A stretch of 64,000 nt of DNA from Octopus vulgaris (Eukaryota): positions 27,156,001 to 27,220,000 of the forward strand of contig OX597827.1 in the NCBI GenBank assembly GCA_951406725.2. The letters are read 5' to 3'. The translations under genes were made by a program, and so were the position numbers. The stretch's first letter is position 1. Each line of letters opens with the position of its first letter. The notes under the pieces are model-generated. The model saw only the letters and a program-made list of their open reading frames with translations, ran no database searches and was not told the origin of the DNA. Below, piece after piece: positions 39,849 to 52,796 of the stretch.

Positions 39849-40200
39849 AAAGTGATCTAACGATTAATATTTTCTTTAATTTAAGAATTAATTTCGTCAG
39901 AAAATATAAGCTACCTAATAAGTGCCTTATTTACTTGTAATTTTAAATTTTAAGTTAATTAGGTATTATATTATTTGATATTTAGTCAACTTTGTTATAG
40001 ATTCTTATATTAAATCTTTAGATACTACACATGTTTATTTATTATATGGTTAGCTTATTTAAGGAGTTTGTCTATATTCGAACAATTTTTTATTTTGATT
40101 ACAATTCAATGACTTGTACTAGCTTTGTGTATTTTATTTAATTTTAAAGTATTTAATATTTTAAGTATTGTTTTAGTTTTCACTTATGTATATTTAGTAT

Positions 40201-40264
<64 letters not shown>

Positions 40265-40306
40265 GTATATCTATTAATTGATTATTTTATTGTTCTAGTT
40301 TATTTT

Positions 40307-40395
40307 TAACCTGATGAGTGACTATATTTATATCAAAGTGATTTCTCTACTACTATAATCATTTTTTAAATGTAGCCACGAAACACGTGTCGTTA
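40307..40395 (+). ncRNA. Type I hammerhead ribozyme with extended stem II
   Basis: taac-CTGATGA-gtgactatattta...taaatgtagccac-GAAA-cacgtg-TC-gtta; GUC site, palindromic stem III. Confidence 0.9.
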
Positions 40396-40917
40396 TTCTA
40401 CAAATTATATACGTTATTTTTTTTTTCCAATTTACTTAATCATTGACATTTTATTGTTATTTTAATTATAATATTTCTGTTATATGTAATTTTCTAGTTG
40501 GTGTAATTTAATTGTTCATTTTGAATTGATAAAAGGTGGATTTTTTCGAATTTTATTGTGTGAAATTTGATTTAGTATTTCTAAATTGAATTTTTTTCCC
40601 TGTAAATTTTGGATTTTATTCCCTGAAACAATGATTATATATATATATATATATTCAGACAAGAAACAGGCCATGCGAATCGATTAACGTTTCTGCCAGC
40701 TCACCTTATATATACATATATACATACGTACATACGTATGTACGTACATACGTATATATTACTGTATTTAAACGTGTATGTATTTATATTCAACTCGTTC
40801 GAGTACACTCTAACTTAGAATTATCTCCGCTACGGTGGCTGTCTTGGAAGAGAATTTCTTCTCGATAATCAGTGTATAATTACATCGATATAGACTAAAA
40901 ATTTTGCCATCAGACTG

Positions 40918-40956
40918 TAAAACACGTCTTTGAGCCTTATTGCGCTTCATCAGTTA
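40918..40956 (-). ncRNA. Decayed hammerhead-like motif
   Basis: Minus strand: taa-CTGATGA-agc(gcaataag)gct-cAAA-gacgtg-TT-tta; GAAA mutated. Confidence 0.4.
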
Positions 40957-41607
40957 TAGGTGCAAAATCTGTTGCTCACAGCTCACGAAGAGCAACCGTT
41001 ATTTTACGTAGACAAAAAATAATAAATATTCTAACGTATGCAAAGCTTTATCAAGCTGAACATACGCCATATTTCGAGCATCCTTAGACCTGGTGGAGCC
41101 ATTTCTAGGCGAGAGTGAAACATATAAAATAAATTCAAAAGAAAAAGGAAAATCGCCCTGGATATAACTGGTACTTTAATCACGGACCCCGAAAACAACA
41201 AAGTTGATCTAGGCGTAGATTGAACTCAGAGCCCGGAAGCCAGAAAGATTGCTGCAAGGCGATTTCTGTGACTTTCTAAAGACTGAAGATTGGTTTCGTA
41301 CATACAAACATACACGTACATACATATATACTCGTACACATACATACGTACGTACATAAACATACACACGTACATGCATACATACGTACATACACAGACA
41401 TGTCTACATACACACACACATACTTACGTACATACATATATAAATGCATACATACATACAATATATACACGCATACATACCATACATATATACATATATA
41501 GATATGTATACACACATACATACATGAAGAAATGCACACATACATACAATATATACATATGAACATATATATATATATACATACGTACAATACATATGTA
41601 CGTATAT

Positions 41608-41769
41608 AGGGGTGGCAGTGTGGTAAGAAGAGTGCTTTCCAACAACATGGTTCCGGGTTCAGTTACTCTGCGTGGCACCTTAGGCAAGTGTCTTATACTA
41701 TAGCTTCGGATCGACCAAAGCCTTGTGAGTGGATTTGATAGACGGAAACTGAAATAAGCCGCTCGTATG

Positions 41770-41822
<53 letters not shown>

Positions 41823-42052
41823 GTATGCGTATGTATATGTTTGTTTGTATTTGTCCCCCCAACCATCGCTTGACAACAGATGTTGCTGTGTTTACATCTC
41901 CGTAACTCAGCGGTTCGCAAAATAGAACGATAGAATAAGTACTAGGCTTACAAAGAATAAGTCTTGAGGTCGATTTGTTCGACTAAAGGTGGTGCTCCAG
42001 CATGGTCGCAGTCAAATGACTGAAACAAGTAAAAAAATAAAAGAGTAAAAGA
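41608..42052 (+). mobile_element. SINE family A, full length
   Basis: Head, CORE-like domain, internal (TA)n and tail. Confidence 0.88.
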
Positions 42053-42184
42053 ATATATATTATATATACACACACATACATATACATACATATATTGATG
42101 CATACATAGAATATATACATATACATATAATATATACGTACAATACATATACATATGTATGTGTATATATATATATATATATAT

Positions 42185-42510
42185 AACGGGAAGCTTTATG
42201 AAAATAAACAAAAGACGAAGGCAGGTGGAAAACAAACGAACAATTGTATTAGTATGGCGCTCAGGAAATATAAATAAAACAAGTCTTTAACGTTTCGAGC
42301 CTACGCTCTTCAACAGAAAGATACACAGAGAGAGAAAAACACAGAAAGAAGGAGAGAAAAAAAATGCGTGCAGTAGCTAACGAATCAACATGGCGATCTG
42401 ATTTCGGCCAGAGGTCAAAGATCAAACATGAGACGCGAGAGCGAAATAAGGGGAGATAATAGGGTTGATAAAAGGGTTGAGGGACCAGCTAAAAGTGCGT
42501 GGGAGGGGTC
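42185..42510 (-). mobile_element. GAGC-GTAG-GCTC family HHR element (HHR-like 42284-42321)
   Basis: Minus strand: tcttt-CTGTTGA-a-gagc(gtag)gctc-GAAA-cg-TT-aaaga; (TA)n on both sides. Confidence 0.75.
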
Positions 42511-42572
42511 TGGATGTGTGTATGTATATATATGTATATATATGTATATATATGTATATATATGTATGTATA

Positions 42573-43297
<725 letters not shown>

Positions 43298-43542
43298 ACG
43301 AAACTTCTTGCTGCATCTTCTTGCTGCATCTTCTTGCTGCATCTTCTTGCTGCATCTTCTTGCTGCAGCAAGAAGTTTCGTCAGTGAACAGGTTGCGGTC
43401 TCAAAGCGACGAAAATACTTTGACAAATTAACGGTTTTGTGTGTTTCTTAAATGGCTTATAAACATCTTCCACGCTGCAATTGTTTTCGTTCCAGCACAC
43501 GATCTCAGATCAAGTCACTCGCTATGCAAGTACATCTCCGTA
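43298..43542 (+). mobile_element. HHR-like element tail with 5' fold-back and five 13-bp repeats
   Basis: gacgaaacttcttgc...gcaagaagtttcgtc hairpin; (cttcttgctgcat)x5; HHR-like motif 43376-43427. Confidence 0.65.
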
Positions 43543-44161
43543 ATATATATATATGTATATTTATTATTTATATTATTATATGATTGACCGCCACGCAGCC
43601 TCTTCCACGTAAGATTTATCTACATATATACATACATACATATATACATCTACAATAAATACATGTGTATACACATACATATATACATATAAAATACATA
43701 AATACATACCTACATACATACATACATACTTGTAGAGATGAGCAAATAAAAAAAAACCTTTCTTGCCATTGATTTTTCAAGCCCCATTGTGAAGTCTGAC
43801 ACTAATGCTTGGGTGTCACGTGTGACACTCCCAACCACAACCACCACCATCACACAACCCACACATACTCTCGTTCTCGTATACAAATATATACACAACA
43901 CTCCTCACTTTCTTCATCTTTTCTGTCACACATACGCACACACACACACTCATACACACAGACACACTCGCACAGTACTCTCTTCTCTCCTCCCCATAAA
44001 CACATTTTTATAGAAAAGGACGCAAATAATATTGTCTTTCTTTGTATGTATTTGTTTGTATGAATCTCTCCCCTCTCTCTATCTTTCCCCCCTCTCTCTC
44101 TCTCTCTAACTATCTATCCATTTGTCAGTCTCTCTCTGTCTATCTCTCTCTCTTCCACTAG

Positions 44162-44199
<38 letters not shown>

Positions 44200-45072
44200 G
44201 TCTATCTATAAATTTTTCTGTCTGTCTGTCTCTCTGCCTCTGGCTCTGTCTGTCTCTCTATGTATATATCTGTGTGTATGTGTGTGTGTAGATGCAAAAA
44301 CAACTTTCTCTTTTCCAAAAAGCACATAGACACATTCACACACAATACTATTTGTCTCTTTCTCTCTCTCTCTATCTCTCTCTATGTACCTCTCCCCCTC
44401 TCTCTTTAACTACACTGAACTTAATTTGGAAATGATGTTGTGCTGTGACTACCACTACCACTACCACTACCATCCGTCCGATGTCATTGTCTTCCCGACT
44501 CCCCCCACCACCACCACCATCACCACCGGATCTTTTGCTCAGTTTCCTTGTTATAAGGTCAAATCACCCGAAACCCTCAGACCCTTCCTCCTCCATCACC
44601 ACCACTATCACCACCTCCACCCCCTTTTCTCTACTTGACTCCTGACGTTAAAGGTCATTTGAACCTTGGGAGTTTATTTACTCCATCTGTTTTTGGAGGA
44701 AAGGGACCCTTTCCCACCACCACCACTAAACAATAAATAAGTATATGAAAAATTAATCCCTGACAGACCTCTTCCCCTATAAAGACTTCAAAGTAGCGAT
44801 CCCTTTTTGTGAGGAGAGTGATAGGTTTGTAGGGGAGGGTAACCCTGATCACTACCTTCTTTCGATAAAGCGTATGTCTAAATAATATCTTCCTTTTCTG
44901 AGAAGTGGAGTGGCTTGCTGGTCAAGTCGTTTTCGACCGGGTTTCATATGACCCTTGGTGGGGTCAATATAAGCTTTTGCTATTAAAGCTTATGTGCAAT
45001 AAATCGGTCATGCTTGCACAATACGCAAAATACCTTCACAATTTTTCAAATACAATTCCAAATAATATTTAG

Positions 45073-45230
45073 AGGCGTGGCTGTGTGGTAAGAAGCTTAC
45101 TTCCCAACCACACGGTTCCGGGTTCAGTCCCACGGCGTAGCACTTTGGGCAAGTGTTTTCTACTATAGTCTCGGGTCGACCAAGCCTTGTGATTGAATTT
45201 GGTAGACGGAAACTGAAAGAACCTCGTCGC

Positions 45231-45272
<42 letters not shown>

Positions 45273-45558
45273 TGTGTGGTGTGTGTGTGTGTGTGCGTGC
45301 GTGCGTGTGTGTATGTATGTGTATGTATGTGTGTGTATGTCTTTGTACCTGTGTTTGTACCGCCCACCATCGCTTGACAACAGATGTTGGTGTGTTTACG
45401 TCCCCGTTACCTAGCGTTTCAGCAAGAGACCGATAGAGCAAATACTAGGCTTACAAAGAATAAAAACTGGGGGCGATTTGTTCGGCTAAAACCCTTTAAG
45501 GTAGTGCTCGAGCATGGTAGCAGTCAAATGTCTGAAGCTAGTAAAAGATTAAAAGAAA
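45073..45558 (+). mobile_element. SINE family A, full length, internal (TG)n
   Basis: Head, central domain and tail match. Confidence 0.88.
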
Positions 45559-45819
45559 ACCCCAATACAAATATAAGAAGGATGTTTAACCATTGAATGT
45601 CTACGGAAGGCTACCTGAAAATGAGTATCCACAGGTAAAAATTTTGGTTGAGAAACAGTCGTATAATTAGACCTAGATTCAAAGGTGTTCTAGTTGGGAC
45701 TTTATCTAATGGGTCCTTTGTTTATTTAATTCAATGCAAAGTGCTTTGAGGGTAATTTAGCTGCTATTTCTTGCAAATAGCCGCCATATCTTCCTCAAAT
45801 CACAGCTTATTGTGTTAAA

Positions 45820-46305
45820 CAATGGTTTTCAACCCCTTTTTTTTTTACCTTGGAACCCCTTTGATTCCTGTTTTACGAGGATGGACCCTCAGCCATTCGA
45901 TGTTTAAAAACTCCCTTTATTTTTTTATAATTAAATATTCTTTTCTACTCTAGGCACAAGGCTCGAAATTTTGGGGGAGGTGGCCAGTCGATTAGATTGA
46001 TCCCAGTACACAACTGGTACTTAATTTATCAACCCTGAAAGGATGAAAGGCAAAGTCGACCTCGGCGGAATTTGAACTCAGAACGTAAAGACAGACGAAA
46101 TACCGCTATGCATTTCACCCGACGTGCTAATGATTCTGCCAGCTCGCCGCCTTTTTATAATTAAATATTGTTAGGAATTGTATAAAAAGATGCTAAAATA
46201 TTTTGTGCAATGTAGAAGTATAACTGATTTATTGCAAATGAATTTTAACGACAAAATCTACCATGGACTCCAAAGAGTCGCATTGACCCCGGTTGAGAAT
46301 CACTA
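45820..46305. mobile_element. hAT (Charlie-like) MITE containing a SINE B
   Basis: TIRs caatggttttcaacc / ggttgagaatcacta; approximate 8-bp duplication gtgttaaa/atgttaaa. Confidence 0.65.
45938..46152 (-). mobile_element. SINE family B, full length, with target-site duplication
   Basis: ttttataattaaatatt on both sides. Confidence 0.9.
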
Positions 46306-46909
46306 TGTTAAAATAAAGGACACGTTCATTGATATCACCCTACACTGTATCTGAAAATAAGGTCTTCTAAGTATTAACCTGCACAGAGCTAATCTGCAGC
46401 TACAGAAATACAACAAACCTCACAGTTCTTCATCGTCTTTCGGACAGCTGAACTCTCAGGCAGGATTTGGTCTTATGTTGGCATATCGAAATTAGTTCGG
46501 TTTTATTTTATTTTTAAAGTTTGCTTAAGATTACAAATACAACTGGATTTCTCTGCATGAAAGAATTCACGACACTTCGTCCGTTTCTAAACACTTGTGC
46601 TTTATGTAAAACTATTCATGTAATTTTTGTGATCATTTTCTTTCCTCTTGTACAAAAGTACGACGTTGCATCTCAATTTTTTAACCGACCTCATGTGCGA
46701 ATATTATCTATACCTATACCTCCTCTATATCTATCTACCTATCTATTCTTCAATGTTTCTTTCTCCCTCTCCCCCTTCTCTCTCTCTCTCTCAGCTTATC
46801 TCTGCTTATATACTATCTAAATACTCTTTCTATTCCCATCTCTTTCTCTCTCTTCTGTCAGAGTGTGTATATATATTCATACAAACCCACCTACCTATAT
46901 ACATACGCT

Positions 46910-47076
<167 letters not shown>

Positions 47077-47123
47077 GTATGTATATATATATGTGTGTGT
47101 GTGTGTGAATGAATGAACACACG

Positions 47124-47201
<78 letters not shown>

Positions 47202-47570
47202 AATGAACGAACACACACACGCACACATACACACACAAACACAAACACACTCACATATCAAACACTTGTTTTTTATAAGTTTCTAAATATCTTCACAAGA
47301 GAAGGAGAAAAAAAGAAGAAAGAAAAGAAAAAGAAGTGACTTTCCCTTTTCAGAAACCAGATAGAGATGCATCACAGATATGGCTGGTTCCATCATATTT
47401 ACCTTTTTAGATGATTATTCTACGATATTCGATAATCGAGATGTTATTGACACAGCCAAGTAGAACATTTATTCTCTGTCAACAGACAGCGAGGAGCCGC
47501 CAAACGTCGCCAGGGGATGTATTTACGAAATCATTTACTTTCTGCGTTATCATCATCGTCGTCGTCGTCG

Positions 47571-47615
<45 letters not shown>

Positions 47616-47809
47616 CGTTCTTCGTGATTATTATAATCCTTTCTTCTTCTTCTTCTTCTTCTTCTTCTTCTTCTTCTTCTTCTTCTTCTTCTTCTTCTTC
47701 TTCTTCTTCTTCTTCTTCTTCTCCTCCTCCTCCTTCTCCTTCTTATTATTATTACCATTATTATTTGTGGTAGAAGTAATAGTAGCAATAAATAAACAAA
47801 TAAAAACAT

Positions 47810-47975
47810 CGGCGAAAACATTCGTCGCTGCGTTCTGAATTCAAATTCCGCCGACGTCGACTTTATCTTTCATCCTTTGGGTGTCGATTAAGTAAGTACC
47901 AGTTGAACTCTGGGGTCGATGTAATCAACTCATCCCCTCCCGAAAAGTTTCTGCCCTTGTGGCAAAATTCGAACT
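47810..47975 (+). mobile_element. SINE family B, headless
   Basis: cgttctgaattcaaattccgccgacgtcgacttt...catcctttgggtgtcga. Confidence 0.7.
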
Positions 47976-48346
47976 CACATTATTATCATCATCATTATTA
48001 GTAGTAGTAGTAGTTATGGTAGTAGTAGTTATTTTTATTTTCATTCTTTTATGTTTCGTTTTCATCGTTATCATCATTCCTTCACGCTCCAGACGACAAA
48101 TGCATAAATTAAGAAGCATTCGACTTCCCCAAGCATTTGATTGTCAGCTAAGAGTCATTTACACACAAACGGACACATTCTCTTATGATGATGATGATGA
48201 TGATGAAGGTGATGTGGTGGTGGTGGTGGTGTTGGTGGGGGGGGTGATGATGATGGCTACAGGTGCGATTCAGACAGTTTCCATTCAACAACATAAATCG
48301 CAATAGACTTACTGCTGCCAACACCACTTATGACACCTTATCACTA

Positions 48347-48380
<34 letters not shown>

Positions 48381-48382
<2 letters not shown>

Positions 48383-48695
48383 AGGCGCATGGCTCAGTGG
48401 TTAAAGCGTCGGCTCACAATCATGAGGTCGTGAGTTCAATTTCCGAACCGGGCTGTGTGTTGTGTTCTTTGGCAAGACAGTTTATTTCACGTTACTCCAG
48501 ACGTCACTGGTGCCAAATTCCATCGGACTTTGCCTTTTCATTGGATAACATCTGTGGCGGGGAGACAGGATGCTGGGATGCCTGGGCGACCGCTGGTCTT
48601 CCATAAAACAACCTTGCCCGGACTTGTGCCTCAGAGGGAAACTTTGTAGGTGAAATCCCATGGTCATTCATGACTGATGGAGGTCTTTAACCCTT
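48381..48695 (+). mobile_element. SINE family C (tRNA-derived)
   Basis: A-box tggctcagtgg, B-box gagttcaatttcc, then a gtgttgtgttctttggcaagaca CORE-like segment. Confidence 0.75.
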
Positions 48696-48756
48696 ATATA
48701 TATATATATGAATTTGTAAAACACAGAAGATGAAATGAACAAGCTTTAATCACAAA

Positions 48757-48870
48757 TCCCAACAATTGTTTCTGTGCAATGTAACATATGTTAGTTGCTG
48801 CGTTTTCCATATAGAATTACATAAATAGTATTATGGTAGCCGTTAACAGTAGTAAAGCGTGGAAACACTC

Positions 48871-48872
<2 letters not shown>
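48757..48872 (-). ncRNA. 5'-truncated hammerhead-like motif between (TA)n tracts
   Basis: Minus strand: TGA-gtg...cac-a-GAAA-caattg-TT-ggg; palindromic stem III. Confidence 0.4.
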
Positions 48873-48932
<60 letters not shown>

Positions 48933-49197
48933 AACAAAAGCGCAATAGAGGGAATTAAGACGTTCGGACAGATAGACGACACAAAGGTGGACAAGAGAAA
49001 CAACAATTAGAAGGACAGGCAAAAAAGACGAGTCATTCTTGGCTTTCTTTCACCAGTCAAGTCCCAGAAGTCACGACCATTTTGGGCAGTTACACTTGAG
49101 GTGGTTCGATCTGGTGCTTAATTTATCGACCCCGAAAGGATGAAAGAGAAAGTTAAATTCGGTGAAATTTGAACTCAAAACGTCAATATGAAACTTT

Positions 49198-49472
49198 CTG
49201 AGTGTATTTGGTAGACGAAAACTAAAATATGTGTGTGTGTTCTGTCTGTCTATGTTTGTCCACCACCACCGCTTGACGACTACTATAGGTGTGTGTATTC
49301 ACCCCTGTAACTTAACAGTTCGGCAGAAAAGAAAAAAAACTCCAAAAGCGATACAATAAATACCAGGCTTTAAAAAAAATAAGTAAATAAATAAATACTG
49401 GAGCCGATTCTTTCGACTAAAATTTTTCAAGGCGGTGCTCCAGTATGGCCGCAATCTAATGAGTGAACTAAA
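49198..49472 (+). mobile_element. SINE family A, headless
   Basis: tttggtagacgaaaact...caaggcggtgctccagtatggccgca. Confidence 0.7.
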
Positions 49473-49967
49473 AGATATACATATACACACTCACATATTT
49501 TGTATTGTGTGTATGTGTGTGTAAATTAGGAAGTATCGCTGTGAGTAGGAAAGACTCTTTAGAAATTCTGACTTGTTCGTTTTACTCGCTTCATTTAACT
49601 TCAATTATAGTCATAACTTCCTCCGAGTAATACCGATTATATATATATCTATATATTCAATAGTCACTAAATGGTGGTTTTTAAGTGCATGTACCCACGT
49701 ACATACGCATACACACGCACGTATGTATTATACCAGTCATAGTAAATATTTAGCATGTTGTATACATCTGAATAAACAAGGCGGGTGACACTGAGTTCAG
49801 ACACTTCAGAAATTTTCTATTGCTCTCCGTGTTTTGTTGGTTTATAAATATTGTTGACGTCATAATTATTTCTAGGCTTTCGAGAGAACGTGAAATATTT
49901 GTTTGTGGTGGTGGGGAATAGGAGATTTCGAAGCCGATGATAGAGCTATAATTAATAGCATATAAAT

Positions 49968-50146
49968 TGTGAGTAGATTTGGTAGACGGAAACTAAAAGA
50001 AGCCCGTAGTACATAGGTATATATGTATGTATTGTATTTGTGTATCTGTGTTAGTCCCCCACACCATCGTTTGATAACCGATGCTGGTGTGTTAACACTC
50101 CTGTAATTTAGCAGTTAGGCAAGAGAGACCGATAGAATAAGTACTA
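49968..50146 (+). mobile_element. SINE family A fragment
   Basis: gtgagtagatttggtagacggaaact...gagaccgatagaataagtactag. Confidence 0.7.
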
Positions 50147-50459
50147 GTGGATGAACGCCTCAGCATGTTCTCTCCACCAACCGTGGTCTGATGTGGAGGT
50201 CATACTGGTTTGACAAACATAACACTCTACTACACTGATTCGACATGGTTTGGCAAAGGGATGCATTTTTTTTTTTTTTTTTGTATATACAGATCCGCAA
50301 AAAAAACGTTTACACACTTCCAGAATGACAATTTCTGTCGACATATTTAACTTGTAGAAATACTTCATTCGATGGTCTATCAAATTATGATAACACTGGA
50401 TTATATTTATACAGATTTTTCCTTTCCTGCATTTTTGGGGCGGACTCTGTATATATTCA

Positions 50460-50604
50460 TGCTCAACTGGCACTTATTTTATCGATCCCGAAAGCATGAA
50501 AGGCTAATTCGACCTCAGCAGAATTTGAACTCAGAACGTAGCGACGGAGAAAATACGCAAAGCCTTTCACTCGGCATGCTAACGATTCCGCCAGGTCACC
50601 GCCT
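50460..50604 (-). mobile_element. SINE family B, degenerate
   Basis: aactggcacttattttatcgatcccgaaag...gaatttgaactcagaacg. Confidence 0.65.
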
Positions 50605-50858
50605 TCGCCGCATATGGATATTGGATTGCAAAAACCCCTTTCGGATTGAGAAATTCGATGGATTACTTTGTTCTAATGGTAAAACGCTTGTCATGTCATG
50701 CGGAGAGGCGGGTTCGAATCTCACTGTCACCTTTCGATATTGTCGATCCAAAAGGTTTATTTATATGCTATTATCCATCATTTTATCATCTGCTTCGAGT
50801 TTCACTATGCCTAACTATATGTTTGTGTGCATGTGTGTGTCTCTCTGTCTGTGTGAGG

Positions 50859-50902
<44 letters not shown>

Positions 50903-50925
50903 ATGTATATATGTATGTATATATA

Positions 50926-51350
50926 GGCACAGGCGTAGCTGTGTGAATAGGCGCAGGCGTTGCTCTGTTGTAAGTAGCTTACTTCCCCACCTCATGGTTC
51001 TGGGTTCAGTCCCACTGCGTAGCACCTTGGGCAAGTGTCTTCCACTACAGCCTCGGGCCGACCAATGCCTTGTGAGTAGATGTGGTAGACGGAAACTGAC
51101 AGAAGCCAGTTGTATATATGTATATATATATGTATTGTAGTTGTGTATCTGTGTTTGTGCCCCCACTATCGTTTGGTAACCGATGCAGGTGTGTTTACGC
51201 CCCTGTAACTTAGCAGTTCAGCAAGAGAGACCGATAGAGTAAGTACTAGGCTTAAAAAATAAGTCCTGAGCTCGATTTGTTCGACTAAAACCCCTCAAGG
51301 CGGTGCCCCAGTATGGTCACAGTCAAATGACTGAAACAAGTAAAAGAATA
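50926..51350 (+). mobile_element. SINE family A with duplicated 5' start
   Basis: ggcacaggcgtagctgtgtg followed by ggcgcaggcgttgctctgttg; full body and tail. Confidence 0.85.
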
Positions 51351-51351
51351 C

Positions 51352-51382
<31 letters not shown>

Positions 51383-51645
51383 TATATACAGGGCTTATTG
51401 GAATGGAATTCAGTCTGTGCACTGCCCGGGCTCAGAAAAGGCAATGTGGGGTTCGACTAAAATTCTGGAAGATCCAACAGCAGTAGTCCAAATGCTGTCT
51501 CGTCCAGCCCTTCACGATCTCACTCATAGGCATTGTGTGTGCATGGTGTGTGTGTATGTGTGTGTGTGTGTATTAGAGAGGGAGAGAGCATATTTTTGTC
51601 TTATAACTCGAGCTTCATGTCACTGCGATCTTCGGTCTATATATG

Positions 51646-51680
<35 letters not shown>

Positions 51681-52524
51681 GCGCGCGTCTATGTGTGATT
51701 GTGTGTAGTATTAGAGAGAGAGAGAGTGAGTGAGTGAGTGTGTGAGAGAGCATACTTTTGACTTATAACTTTAGCTTTACGCCACTGCAATCTTCGGTCT
51801 GTGTGTGCGTGTGTGTGTGTGTGTGTGTATCGACGTTCTAGCTGTTTGTATGTAATTGTATGTACATTTGTCTTAGCATGCAAGTATGTATGAGTGCATG
51901 TGTTTGCGCGTGTTCGTGTCTCGGCACACGTGCGTCTGCGCGTGCGCATGAAACACAAAAAAGTAATAATAACAAATTAAAATAAAAGAGGATTTTTGCT
52001 AATGAATTAGTGAATTGTTATTTAGTTTGAAATCTTTTTAGGACACGTAATCCCCAGTAAAAAACAAAAACAAAAACAAAGAAAATAAACACACCGGGAC
52101 TTCAATAAGAATAGTTACACCAGCAATTACAAGAAACAATTATAAACCAGAACAATTATTTATTTTTATAAAGAATAATCTATATTGGTTTCGTGGTCCA
52201 TAAAAAGCAGAAAGACACATTTTTCCACCTCACATATAACATTAATGTCAAATTAAGAATAAAGCATAAGGTTTTAATCAAAATTACAATATACCATTGT
52301 TTTTTCGTGGGAAATGCTCTAACTCCCTAAGACTGGTAGTAATTGTCTGTATCTCCAAGTGAGCGCGTGTTTTGTTGTTGTTGTTGAGACGACATTTTTG
52401 TTTAAGGTGAGTTCACAGAAGACTATTGTCGTGTGTAAAAATATTCGTGTAGGCGTTACGTATCCTGTAATTTTATCAGCCTGTCTCTCTATCTGACTAT
52501 TTGTCTTCCTATCAATCTGTATGC

Positions 52525-52623
<99 letters not shown>

Positions 52624-52705
52624 CTCTCTGTGTCACGCTGAATATCCCCGAGAACTGCGTTAAGGGTACACGTGTCTGTGGAGTGCTCTATCTATCTACA
52701 CGTTA

Positions 52706-52770
<65 letters not shown>

Positions 52771-52796
52771 ACTGTCTATCTATCTATCTATCTATC

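Noticed and set aside
48381-48455. tRNA gene
   Set aside because: A/B boxes are present but the cloverleaf is poor and the sequence runs into a SINE body; the same holds for family A and B heads.
51571-51800. Local direct duplication of about 70 bp
   Set aside because: Ordinary microsatellite-flanked duplication with no further structure.
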